Origin: Staphylothermus marinus F1
GTDB lineage: Archaea > Thermoproteota > Thermoprotei_A > Sulfolobales > Desulfurococcaceae
DNA length: 32,000 bases
NCBI RefSeq assembly: GCF_000015945.1
Contig: NC_009033.1
Coordinates: 1,290,001-1,322,000, forward strand
Reading direction: 5' to 3'
Shown: in pieces, positions 1-8,587 of the stretch
Layout: every line of letters starts with the position of its first letter
Position numbering within the stretch: the stretch's first letter is position 1
Made by a program: the position numbers and the translations under genes
The notes under the pieces: generated by a model
Seen by the model: the letters and a program-made list of their open reading frames with translations, nothing else
The model's database searches: none
What the model was told of the DNA's origin: nothing

Positions 1-2837
1 GGTCAACAACTACATATGTTGACATAGCATTAAACCCAGCAGCCAACGTGATCGATCCTAATGCAAATGGTACAGTAGAACTAGTTGATAAAAACCTAAC
101 TGGTAGACAAATACCAGGACTACTCGTATGGGATCCACCGACAAACTGGGTAAACTGGACACAGATAGGACAAAACATTTCTTGGAGCCAAGTCCACTTT
201 AACCCATGGGGCATCCGCGAGATGAGATATGCTCTAGAATTCCTAATAGACAGAGACCTAATTGTTAGAAAGATCTATGGTGGAAGCGCTGCACCTGCAT
301 TAGGAGCAATTAGACCCAGTCATCCATGGTATGATCATGCTAAACAAATATATGAACAACTAGGATTAACTCCGACCGGCGACAAACAAAAGGCACAACA
401 GATCTTCTTAAATGCATTAAACAAGGTTAGGCAGATCTATCAACAATACGGAATGGATCTTCAGTTAAGAGACGCTTCTGACGCTCCTGGAGGAAAATGG
501 CTGTATTTTGTGAAAGGTGATGGTAGCGAGGAACCTGTAACTGTCTACTTTGTAATACGTGTAGAAGATGAGAGATTATATATTGGTAGACAAATCGCTG
601 ATTGGATAGAGAAATACTTCTACATACATGTAGAAAGAATAGAGAAAGAAAGAAGTGTAGTAACACCTGTAATTTATGGAACAAACCCAGTAACAACTAG
701 CACTGCACTAGGCGGAGTAGTATGGAGCATGTATACTGAAGGATGGGTAAGCATGGGCGAAGACATTGATGTATGGGCAAGATATGATACAGCATTCTTC
801 TATGCACCACTAAGAGGATATGGTCCAAACCACCAAGTCAAAACGTGGTGGTACTGGTTTAACAGGACAATGTATGAAAAAGGAGTAGACCTATATTATG
901 GTACATATACTGAGAAAAACGTAGACCAATTATTCAATGAGATCGCATGGATGCTGAGAGCTGGTATTGAACAATCCATAAGAGTATTCGTAACAGAAAA
1001 CTGGGAATACACAGCTGTCAACAAGGACAGAGTAGTTTCTCTAATTCCAGGAAAGGCCAGTGGATTCTGGACACCATGGGCTATAAGAACATTGACAACA
1101 ACTGATGGAAAACTAAAGATCATTGAATACTCATCATCTGGAGCATTATTCATGAGTGCATGGAACACTGTGCTAGGATTCACTGATGTATACAGCGAGT
1201 TAATGGGTAGGCAAATAAGAGACTTCGCATTCTACAGCAGACCTGATACAGGTATTCCAGAGCCGGTACGTGTACAAAGCTTCGATGTTGAACGCGGAAA
1301 CTTCACAATACCAAATGATGCCTACGTATATGATCCTGTACAGGACAAGTGGGTTAACATACAGAACATGAATGATCAGGCAGCAGACTACTTCTACGGC
1401 GGCAAGCCTACATCGGCACCTGTAAAGGTCATATTAAACTACAAGTTTGGTAAATGGCATGATGGATCAGACATAACAATGGCTGATGTCCTATACTGGT
1501 ATGGATTCTACTGGGAATGGAGCTTTGATGATTCACGAGTCACTAATGAAACTGATCCATACTATGATCCAGAAATAGATTCTAGTATGTCATGGATTAT
1601 GGGCACTATTTATGGTATTAAGGTACTCAACAGCACTGCTATTGAAATCTATACATCATATGATGACGTATATAAAGTACTAGTTGCAGCACAAGTTGCA
1701 TTCTGGCCTGATGTACCATGGCATGTGATGGCTGCCGCAGAGTATTTGATTGTGAACAAGGAAACACCGCCAGGTTCATCCTATCCATTCGGATGGACCG
1801 ATCGTGAAGGACAAAGTGTTGGCATAAGCTTCATTGATCCAGGACATGCATCAAAAATACAGAGCGCATTACAAACTCTACAATCACAAAACTTCATACC
1901 ACCATACATATCAACATTCCCAGGATTAACAGTTAATGATGCATCAACAAGATACACAGATGCAATCAACTTTATAACAACATACGGACATGCCATGATC
2001 AGTAATGGACCATTCTATGTAGAATCCTATAACCCGTCAACCAACGAGCTAGTAATGAAATATTTCCAGCCATATGATAACGTATATCCGAAGGGATACT
2101 GGACCAATAAGTTCAGGCTAGTAGTTCCACAGCTCGTAGACATATCAGCACCAGAAATAGTCATCGGCGCATTCGACGTACAAATAACATTGAAGCTCGT
2201 ACAAATAGCTCCACAATACCAAGAATTAACACCTTCAGGTTTCAGCATATTAGCAACAGTTTACAAGCCAACAGAGAACGGATCAGTTAAGGTCGGCGAT
2301 GTTCCTGAGGACGCCATTATTGATCTGGGTGGTGGCGTCTATAATATCAGCTTCAGCGACGAACTAGCAGCACAATTCTTCAATGAGTCAGGCACATATT
2401 ACCTCGTGATAGTAATTCAGCATCCAGAGTCTGGAACAGCAATAATAAGATCATTAGAATTAACAGTTATTGCTGCAGCTCCAACTACAACAACTACGAC
2501 CACAACCACCACTACTACAACGACTACGACAACAACTCCGCCACCAACAACTACAACCACTACATCGCCTCCTACAACGACTACGACAACCACGACTACT
2601 ACAACAACTACTACTACGACCACTACTACTACGACTACTACTACCACGACCACAACTACAACCACAACTCCCCCAGCAACCACGACTACAACTACTACGA
2701 CAACATCTCCGCCACCAACAACACCAACAACACCAGCAGCAGGTGGAGTAAGCACAACAACATGGGCAATAATAGTAGCAATAATCATAATCATAATAAT
2801 AGCAATAATAGCATGGTACTACACAAGAAAGAAATAA
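1..2837 (+). CDS. ABC transporter extracellular solute-binding protein (Opp/Dpp/Nik-type by context), 5'-truncated at the window edge, with a Thr-rich linker and C-terminal TM anchor
   Basis: The reading frame is open from base 3 with no upstream stop, so the N-terminus lies outside the window. It is a large soluble domain rich in W/Y/N. It is followed by a ~85-aa T/P/S linker, a hydrophobic helix (WAIIVAIIIIIIIAIIAWYY) and a basic tail (TRKK). Two Opp-type permease genes follow directly. Confidence 0.8.
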   Translation, partial: STTTYVDIALNPAANVIDPNANGTVELVDKNLTGRQIPGLLVWDPPTNWVNWTQIGQNISWSQVHFNPWGIREMRYALEFLIDRDLIVRKIYGGSAAPALGAIRPSHPWYDHAKQIYEQLGLTPTGDKQKAQQIFLNALNKVRQIYQQYGMDLQLRDASDAPGGKWLYFVKGDGSEEPVTVYFVIRVEDERLYIGRQIADWIEKYFYIHVERIEKERSVVTPVIYGTNPVTTSTALGGVVWSMYTEGWVSMGEDIDVWARYDTAFFYAPLRGYGPNHQVKTWWYWFNRTMYEKGVDLYYGTYTEKNVDQLFNEIAWMLRAGIEQSIRVFVTENWEYTAVNKDRVVSLIPGKASGFWTPWAIRTLTTTDGKLKIIEYSSSGALFMSAWNTVLGFTDVYSELMGRQIRDFAFYSRPDTGIPEPVRVQSFDVERGNFTIPNDAYVYDPVQDKWVNIQNMNDQAADYFYGGKPTSAPVKVILNYKFGKWHDGSDITMADVLYWYGFYWEWSFDDSRVTNETDPYYDPEIDSSMSWIMGTIYGIKVLNSTAIEIYTSYDDVYKVLVAAQVAFWPDVPWHVMAAAEYLIVNKETPPGSSYPFGWTDREGQSVGISFIDPGHASKIQSALQTLQSQNFIPPYISTFPGLTVNDASTRYTDAINFITTYGHAMISNGPFYVESYNPSTNELVMKYFQPYDNVYPKGYWTNKFRLVVPQLVDISAPEIVIGAFDVQITLKLVQIAPQYQELTPSGFSILATVYKPTENGSVKVGDVPEDAIIDLGGGVYNISFSDELAAQFFNESGTYYLVIVIQHPESGTAIIRSLELTVIAAAPTTTTTTTTTTTTTTTTTTPPPTTTTTTSPPTTTTTTTTTTTTTTTTTTTTTTTTTTTTTTTTPPATTTTTTTTTSPPPTTPTTPAAGGVSTTTWAIIVAIIIIIIIAIIAWYYTRKK
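2484..2735 (+). repeat. Low-complexity ACN-codon tract encoding the poly-Thr/Pro/Ser linker of the binding protein
   Basis: Runs of aca/act/acg/acc codons are interrupted by ccN/tcN codons. They translate as T20-PPP-T6-SPP-T~44-PPA-T9-SPPPTTPTTP. The coding strand is almost G-free here. Confidence 0.9.
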
Positions 2838-2878
2838 AAACTATCTAGGGTCGTAATATTTAAACTCAAATCAATATC

Positions 2879-2884
2879 TTTTTT
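2879..2884 (+). terminator. Oligo-T tract downstream of the binding-protein gene (possible archaeal terminator)
   Basis: A T6 run lies about 40 nt after the TAA stop. A 160-nt AT-rich spacer follows, with a TATA-like 'ttaaatttataag' and a GGAGGAG RBS before the permease ATG. Confidence 0.25.
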
Positions 2885-2999
2885 AAACATCAAAAACACT
2901 TCTTATATGTTTATTGAATAAAATGTTTTGACTTGTTAACCTTAAATTTATAAGTTATATCGATATTAATCTACAAAGGGACTAGGAGGAGTGTGAATA

Positions 3000-4106
3000 A
3001 TGGCGGCTGGTATAGGTCGTGTAGTTGCTACTACCATTATAAATATTATAGTTGTTCTCGTTATAGTTGCTATAATAATGTCGACAATATTTGTGATCCA
3101 AGCAGATACTTATCTCAAGGGTTTAGCTAAAGAGATGTATAATTTGAGAGCTAGACAATTAGAAGAACAGATGGCAAGAACCGGCGCGCCCAAGCAGGTG
3201 ATACAGCAGAAGTTAAAGCTTCTAAACAAGACCATATGGGAAAGCCTAGGATTAACAAAACCTTTACATGAGAGAATATTGATGTATGCGTGGAATGCTA
3301 TAATATTTAATTTTACAGCTTTCCCTATTAGGCAAGGTGTAGCGTATCCGGGAGGAGGCACTAATGCTGCAGAAGTAGTTTTCAACGCATTAAGAGCTAC
3401 AGCAATATTATTTACTACTGCAACAATAATAGAATTAGCTATCGCGATCTATCTGGGCTTGCAATCTGCTAAACGTGCTGGAAGTGTCCTGGATAGAACA
3501 ATAACAGGTATTGCACTACTATCTGCTAGCTTGCCAATGTGGTGGGTAGGGATACTAATGCTTCTTGTATTTTCGTATCATCTAGGATTGTTCCCATATG
3601 CTGCTAAAGAAGTATATGCTGCAATAGGAAAACTTAATCCGAGCTCGCCATTCTATATTTTCGACTATATAAGGACATGGCTATACTATATGGCTCTACC
3701 ACTAATCACTATTGTCCTTGTCACATTTGGTGGTGGAGCATATATTGTGAGAAACATAGTGTTGGGAACACTTAGAGAAGACTTCGTAATGGTTGCCAGA
3801 GCAAAAGGATTGCCTGAAAGACTTGTTCTATACAAACATGTCTTAAGAGCAGCTAGTCCACCAATAGCTACTATGACAGCATTATCCCTAGTAGGCTCGC
3901 TGGGTGGCGCTATAATTACGGAAACAGTATTTCAATGGCCTGGAATGGGTCTAACATACTGGATAGCAATACAAAATGGTGATTCAGGAGTAGTAATGGC
4001 GAATACATGGATAACAACATTCCTATTCATCGTAGTCATATTCACTCTAGACTTCATCTACATGCTCCTAGATCCACGTGTCAGAGTGGGTAGGAGACAA
4101 GGTTAA
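3000..4106 (+). CDS. ABC transporter permease, DppB/OppB-like
   Basis: It is a multi-TM protein. The motif 'ARAKGLPERLVLYKHVLRAASPPIATMTALSLVGSLGGAIITETVFQWPGMG' and the C-terminal 'LLDPRVR' are hallmarks of the OppB/DppB family. A GGAGGAG RBS lies upstream. Confidence 0.9.
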   Translation: MAAGIGRVVATTIINIIVVLVIVAIIMSTIFVIQADTYLKGLAKEMYNLRARQLEEQMARTGAPKQVIQQKLKLLNKTIWESLGLTKPLHERILMYAWNAIIFNFTAFPIRQGVAYPGGGTNAAEVVFNALRATAILFTTATIIELAIAIYLGLQSAKRAGSVLDRTITGIALLSASLPMWWVGILMLLVFSYHLGLFPYAAKEVYAAIGKLNPSSPFYIFDYIRTWLYYMALPLITIVLVTFGGGAYIVRNIVLGTLREDFVMVARAKGLPERLVLYKHVLRAASPPIATMTALSLVGSLGGAIITETVFQWPGMGLTYWIAIQNGDSGVVMANTWITTFLFIVVIFTLDFIYMLLDPRVRVGRRQG

Positions 4107-4118
4107 AGGTGATAAGAC

Positions 4119-5870
4119 ATGCCGCTCTCAGAGTCTATTAGAGAATTCTGGTTCGAGATTAGAAGACAAAAAATCGGTATAGCTGGATTAATATTATTAT
4201 TTATCCTTGTAGGTTTAGTAGTGTTCTTCCCAGTTATAGCTAATCCAGCAGATGTGGATCACTGGTATGATAACGAGTATTGGCAAGATAGAATGTTGCC
4301 CAAATTGGCACCTCCAACATGGGCTAACGCTTTAGATCCAAATCCCTACCCGGTAACTCACGATATACCGGATAACAATATTAAGATCACAATAAAGAAA
4401 TATAACTTAATGACATTTGATGGATACGTAAAATATATGAATGAAACAGGAAAAACACAGCAAATAATAAAACAATTTAGAGAAAAATACCATGTTAATC
4501 TAACATGGAGTCAGCTACAACAAATACTCCAACTGTTATGGAAAAAATCTGTTCAGCAAGGTCAAGTTGGCGAAGTAATATATGCTAATCTAACGTACAT
4601 CTTCGATCTAAACTCCGGCAAACCGCCAAAGGATATTGCGTTTAGATTAAGACTAAACTTTGGAAACATATTATATAACGATCTAAAGCAAGGTGTTGGA
4701 GTATATATTAAGAGACCTGATAATATCACGATATCATTAATACCTGGCTATAGTTATCCCTCCAACCCATACGATATTAACCAGTATGCTGAGCTTGGAA
4801 AAAGAGAGATCCTAGATCTATTGAAGATCCCGTATACATATGTTAAGGTAGAAAATGAGACAAGACTATTTATAAAGAATGATACTGATTGGTTCTTTAT
4901 CTTGACAGAATACGCTAGTGCAGCAAGAAACTATCAACAAGGACTAGGATTAATACAGGTTCTAAAACCTATAACGGATAAAGCAGGTGTAGAGCTTGTT
5001 CCAGGACAACTTATTGATTTCATGAAAATAACGTTTTCCAAGGCAACACCAGAGATCATTAGTGGACAACCAGGTGTATTAAAAGGAACATATAAGGCAG
5101 AATTTCTATTTCTCCTAAGAATAAAGCCTAATGACGTAGGTAAGGTCAACGTATCAATAACTCCTGTAAAGGCAAGAATAATGGGAGCTTATGGGCTTCT
5201 AGGAACCGATAATAGGGGAAGGGATTTATGGTCTGCTATAACATATGGTGTTAGATGGGCATTATTAATAGGTTTATTAACGGCATTTGGAGCGGTAATG
5301 ATTGGCGTCATATATGGTATGACTTCTGGATATAGTGGAGGCTATACTGATGTTGCAATGCAGAGAATAGCGCAAGTAGTATATTCATTACCTGTTCTAC
5401 CATTATTGATCCTACTATCATATTTCGTAAGCAGAAGTATATGGATACTTATAGCATTATTAATAGCGTTTGGATGGGTAGGTCTACAGTTTACAGTGCG
5501 TTCAATGGTTCTACAAATCAGAGAAGAACCATATATAGAGGCTGCTAGAGCACTTGGCGCTTCCAACCTGAGGATACTGTTTAAATACGTGTTCCCACAA
5601 CTACTACCATACGCATTTGCATCTATGGCTCTAAGCGTACCAGGAGCAATTCTAACAGAGGCTGGCCTAAGCTTCCTCGGATTAGGAGACCCAGATATAG
5701 TAACATGGGGTAAAATACTCTATGAAGCCAACAGGGGTGGTGCAGTATTAGCTAATGCTTGGTGGTGGGTGCTTCCGCCAGGATTAATGATTGCAATAAC
5801 AGCATTAACATTCGTAATGATCGGTATGGCTTTAGAGAGAATCGTAGAGCCTAGGTTAAGGACAAGGTAA
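4119..5870 (+). CDS. ABC transporter permease, DppC/OppC-like, with a ~290-aa extracytoplasmic insertion after TM1
   Basis: OppC hallmarks are 'LLGTDNRGRDLWSAITYGVRWALLIGL' and 'AARALGASNLRILFKYVFPQLLP...LTEAGLSFLGLGDP'. Residues ~50-345 are a hydrophilic domain bearing N-x-S/T sequons, placed between TM1 and the conserved core. Confidence 0.88.
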   Translation: MPLSESIREFWFEIRRQKIGIAGLILLFILVGLVVFFPVIANPADVDHWYDNEYWQDRMLPKLAPPTWANALDPNPYPVTHDIPDNNIKITIKKYNLMTFDGYVKYMNETGKTQQIIKQFREKYHVNLTWSQLQQILQLLWKKSVQQGQVGEVIYANLTYIFDLNSGKPPKDIAFRLRLNFGNILYNDLKQGVGVYIKRPDNITISLIPGYSYPSNPYDINQYAELGKREILDLLKIPYTYVKVENETRLFIKNDTDWFFILTEYASAARNYQQGLGLIQVLKPITDKAGVELVPGQLIDFMKITFSKATPEIISGQPGVLKGTYKAEFLFLLRIKPNDVGKVNVSITPVKARIMGAYGLLGTDNRGRDLWSAITYGVRWALLIGLLTAFGAVMIGVIYGMTSGYSGGYTDVAMQRIAQVVYSLPVLPLLILLSYFVSRSIWILIALLIAFGWVGLQFTVRSMVLQIREEPYIEAARALGASNLRILFKYVFPQLLPYAFASMALSVPGAILTEAGLSFLGLGDPDIVTWGKILYEANRGGAVLANAWWWVLPPGLMIAITALTFVMIGMALERIVEPRLRTR

Positions 5871-6007
5871 CAGATATAACTAATCATGATTGTATATGAG
5901 AAGCTTTTTACAATATATTCGGGATAACCCTTAATTTCTTGGTCTCCATAATCATTATTAGTAAACCATTAAGAATAATATTCATTTGTTATTCTAAGGT
6001 GTAAAGT

Positions 6008-7066
6008 ATGAAAATTCCCGAGAAAGAAGCAGGAATAATTGGTTGGGGATCATATATTCCTCGGTGGAGGCTTAAACTAGAAGAAATAACGAGAATATGG
6101 GGTTTTGCGCCAGAAACCCCTCATGGATTAATGGTTGAAGAAAAATCTGTGGCTGGAATCGATGAAGACGCTGTAACTCTTGGATGGGAAGCTGCTAAAA
6201 ACGCTTTAGCCAGAGCAGAAATTGATCCTAAAGAGATAGGTGCTGTCTGGTTCGGTACAGAATCAAAACCCTACGCAGTCAAACCTTCAGCAACAATTAT
6301 TGCTGAAGCATTGGGGATCACACCAGATACTATGGCTTCAGACCTAGAGTTCGCTTGTAGAGCAGCTAGTGAAGCATTGAGAATAAGTATTGCTACAATA
6401 GCATCTGGCATGGTTAAATATGCTTTAGTAATCGGTTCTGACACTGCACAAGCTAATCCTGGAGATGTACTCGAGTATACAGCATCGTCTGCAGCAACTG
6501 CTTTTATAACAGGTCCTGCAGACCAAGCTGTCGCAGTATTTGAGGCGAGCTATACCTATGTAACCGATACGCCTGATTTTTGGCGCAGAGCACATGTTCC
6601 CTACCCACTGCACGGGGAAGGATTCACTGGTGAACCAGCATATTTTCACCATATAATAAACGCTGTAAAGGGATTATTTGAGAAAACAGGGCTTAAACCA
6701 GATGATTTCGACTATGCAATATTTCATCAACCCAACGGTAAATTCCCATTAACTGTTGGAAGAAGACTTGGTTTTCCAAAAGAAAAAATATTACCAGGGC
6801 TCATTACACCATATATTGGCAATAGCTACAACTCATCAGCCCTAATAGGTTTATCCAGAGTTCTCGACATAGCTAAACCCGGGCAAAGAATATTATTGGC
6901 ACCATTCGGAAGCGGTGCTGGTAGCGATGCTTACAGTATTATTGTTACCGATAAAATACTTGAGAAACAAGATAAAGCACCGCGCGTCGACGACTACTTG
7001 GCTAGGAAACATTATATTGACTACGCACTATATGCAAAATATAGGGGCTTAATAAAGAGAATATGA
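6008..7066 (+). CDS. Archaeal-type hydroxymethylglutaryl-CoA synthase (thiolase-fold condensing enzyme)
   Basis: It is ~350 aa with the N-terminal '[14 protein letters not shown]', the active-site context '[10 protein letters not shown]' and 'FHQPNGKFP'. It is followed by a DUF35 gene, as in the archaeal thiolase/HMGCS/DUF35 arrangement. Confidence 0.85.
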   Translation: MKIPEKEAGIIGWGSYIPRWRLKLEEITRIWGFAPETPHGLMVEEKSVAGIDEDAVTLGWEAAKNALARAEIDPKEIGAVWFGTESKPYAVKPSATIIAEALGITPDTMASDLEFACRAASEALRISIATIASGMVKYALVIGSDTAQANPGDVLEYTASSAATAFITGPADQAVAVFEASYTYVTDTPDFWRRAHVPYPLHGEGFTGEPAYFHHIINAVKGLFEKTGLKPDDFDYAIFHQPNGKFPLTVGRRLGFPKEKILPGLITPYIGNSYNSSALIGLSRVLDIAKPGQRILLAPFGSGAGSDAYSIIVTDKILEKQDKAPRVDDYLARKHYIDYALYAKYRGLIKRI

Positions 7067-7083
7067 TAGAGGATTGATCAACC

Positions 7084-7506
7084 ATGCAGTTCTCAATACC
7101 TAGATTTTGGCGTGAAAGAGCGTCTCATTATAGATTAAAAGCTGTTAAATGTAGAAAATGTGGAAGAATAAATTATCCTCCATCAAGCGTATGCAGATAT
7201 TGTGGCTCAAAGGATCTCGAGGAAATATATTTGGATAAAGAAAAAGCAAAACTTCTTACATGGACAATAATATATACCACACCTATAGGATTCGAGGATA
7301 AGAAACCAAGAATAATAGGAATAGTTGAAACAGTTGAAACACACGTCAAAATACTTGCACCAATAACTGATGTATTGCCCGAAGAACTTAAAGAGGGAAT
7401 TTTATTAGAACCCGTTCTAAGAAGAATAAATCAGGACCGGGAAGCAGGTCTAATCCATTACGGTATAGCTTATAGACCGGTGATAAAAACAATTGGGGGA
7501 ACGTAG
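7084..7506 (+). CDS. DUF35 zinc-ribbon/OB-fold protein (scaffold subunit of the archaeal thiolase-HMGCS complex)
   Basis: It is 140 aa with a four-Cys ribbon 'CRKCGRINYPPSSVCRYCGS' followed by an OB-fold-like beta region. It sits immediately downstream of HMGCS. Confidence 0.85.
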   Translation: MQFSIPRFWRERASHYRLKAVKCRKCGRINYPPSSVCRYCGSKDLEEIYLDKEKAKLLTWTIIYTTPIGFEDKKPRIIGIVETVETHVKILAPITDVLPEELKEGILLEPVLRRINQDREAGLIHYGIAYRPVIKTIGGT

Positions 7507-8587
7507 ATCTAGCATAAAAGATTTTTTATCAAAACTTAAATCATCTAAAAAGCCCTTAGAAGAAGTAGATGAACTAGTTGAAAACCAAAATATAGCTACA
7601 CTATTAAGAAGAAAAATCCTAGAAGAAAAACTAAATATATCGCTATCAGCAACTGGTTCATCCATATTAGACTTCGTGGAAACAGAGGGAAAAATATCAT
7701 ATAAATCCATAGGCGCCATCCAAATACCCGTGACAGTAATAGGTCCGTTAAAAATAGATGGATACTATATAAGGGACGAGAAATACATTCCTCTGGCATC
7801 AATTTATCCGGCACTAATGGAAGCAGTAGATTTAGGAGCTAAAATTATTGGAGATACACGTATACGAGTAAAAATAAATAGATGCTGGTTAAGATTATTC
7901 ACAGTTTCCCCTAGAAGAAGTCCAATTGATCTATGTAGAATAGTGGAATCAGAAATACAAGCTCTTAATGAATACGAGAAACTAAAAGTGCTATGTTTCG
8001 GTAGGGGTGCGGGACATATAATAAATACTGTTATGATAGGAGAAAATGGAATTTGCGAGACTCTCTCAAAATGGATTGAGAAAAACGATCTCAATGAATT
8101 ATTAATAAAAACTATAGGGTCTAAAATACCAGTGATTACTCCATACTTAGTATTTGATACCAGTATTAATACTGATATTCATAAAGGAAGATTTGGAGAC
8201 TACAATATCGAGCCTAATCTATTCCTCGAAGCATATAATGCATTAGAAGACTTAAAACCAATAGATAACTCATTACAACCCGTAATACTTGGTGTTCTAA
8301 CATCATTTTATTCATCCATAGGTATTAAACCAGAATATGCGCTCAGATCAGATATTCGCCAATACAATGTATTTACTAAATTTAGAAAAATAACTGTATC
8401 TATTAATTCAAGAATAATACTTCCTCTAACTATTAATATTAATGAATTATCGATTATGAATAAGGAGGTAGTAGGCATTCTTAAATTAGAATCTCTGAAA
8501 TCCAAATACTTGTCAGAGATAGCATCAGCGCTAGTATTAGTTGCTTATATAGGATTAATAGCTAGCATAGCTAAAGAATCTGTCTAA
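7493..8587 (+). CDS. HMG-CoA reductase (class I)-like protein lacking the catalytic motifs (probable pseudoenzyme or neofunctionalised paralogue)
   Basis: Collinear landmarks are 'IGAIQIPVTVIGPLKIDG' (cf. IGY.QIPVGVAGPL..DG), 'IPLASIYPALMEAVDLGAKII' (cf. PMATTEG.LVAS.NRG), 'GRGAGHIINTVMI' (cf. TGDAMGMNM) and 'EIASALVLVAYIGLIASIA' (cf. the LAGELSL.AALA helix). The catalytic residues are substituted. The TTG start overlaps the DUF35 stop by 14 nt. Confidence 0.65.
   Translation: MGERRSSIKDFLSKLKSSKKPLEEVDELVENQNIATLLRRKILEEKLNISLSATGSSILDFVETEGKISYKSIGAIQIPVTVIGPLKIDGYYIRDEKYIPLASIYPALMEAVDLGAKIIGDTRIRVKINRCWLRLFTVSPRRSPIDLCRIVESEIQALNEYEKLKVLCFGRGAGHIINTVMIGENGICETLSKWIEKNDLNELLIKTIGSKIPVITPYLVFDTSINTDIHKGRFGDYNIEPNLFLEAYNALEDLKPIDNSLQPVILGVLTSFYSSIGIKPEYALRSDIRQYNVFTKFRKITVSINSRIILPLTININELSIMNKEVVGILKLESLKSKYLSEIASALVLVAYIGLIASIAKESV

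Noticed and set aside
2417-2794. A 125-aa poly-Val ORF on the minus strand and a 93-aa Leu/Gln-rich ORF (2470-2751, +) across the Thr-linker region
   Set aside because: Both are alternate-frame or antisense readings of the low-complexity ACN repeat inside a well-supported CDS. Their homopolymeric translations are not credible proteins.
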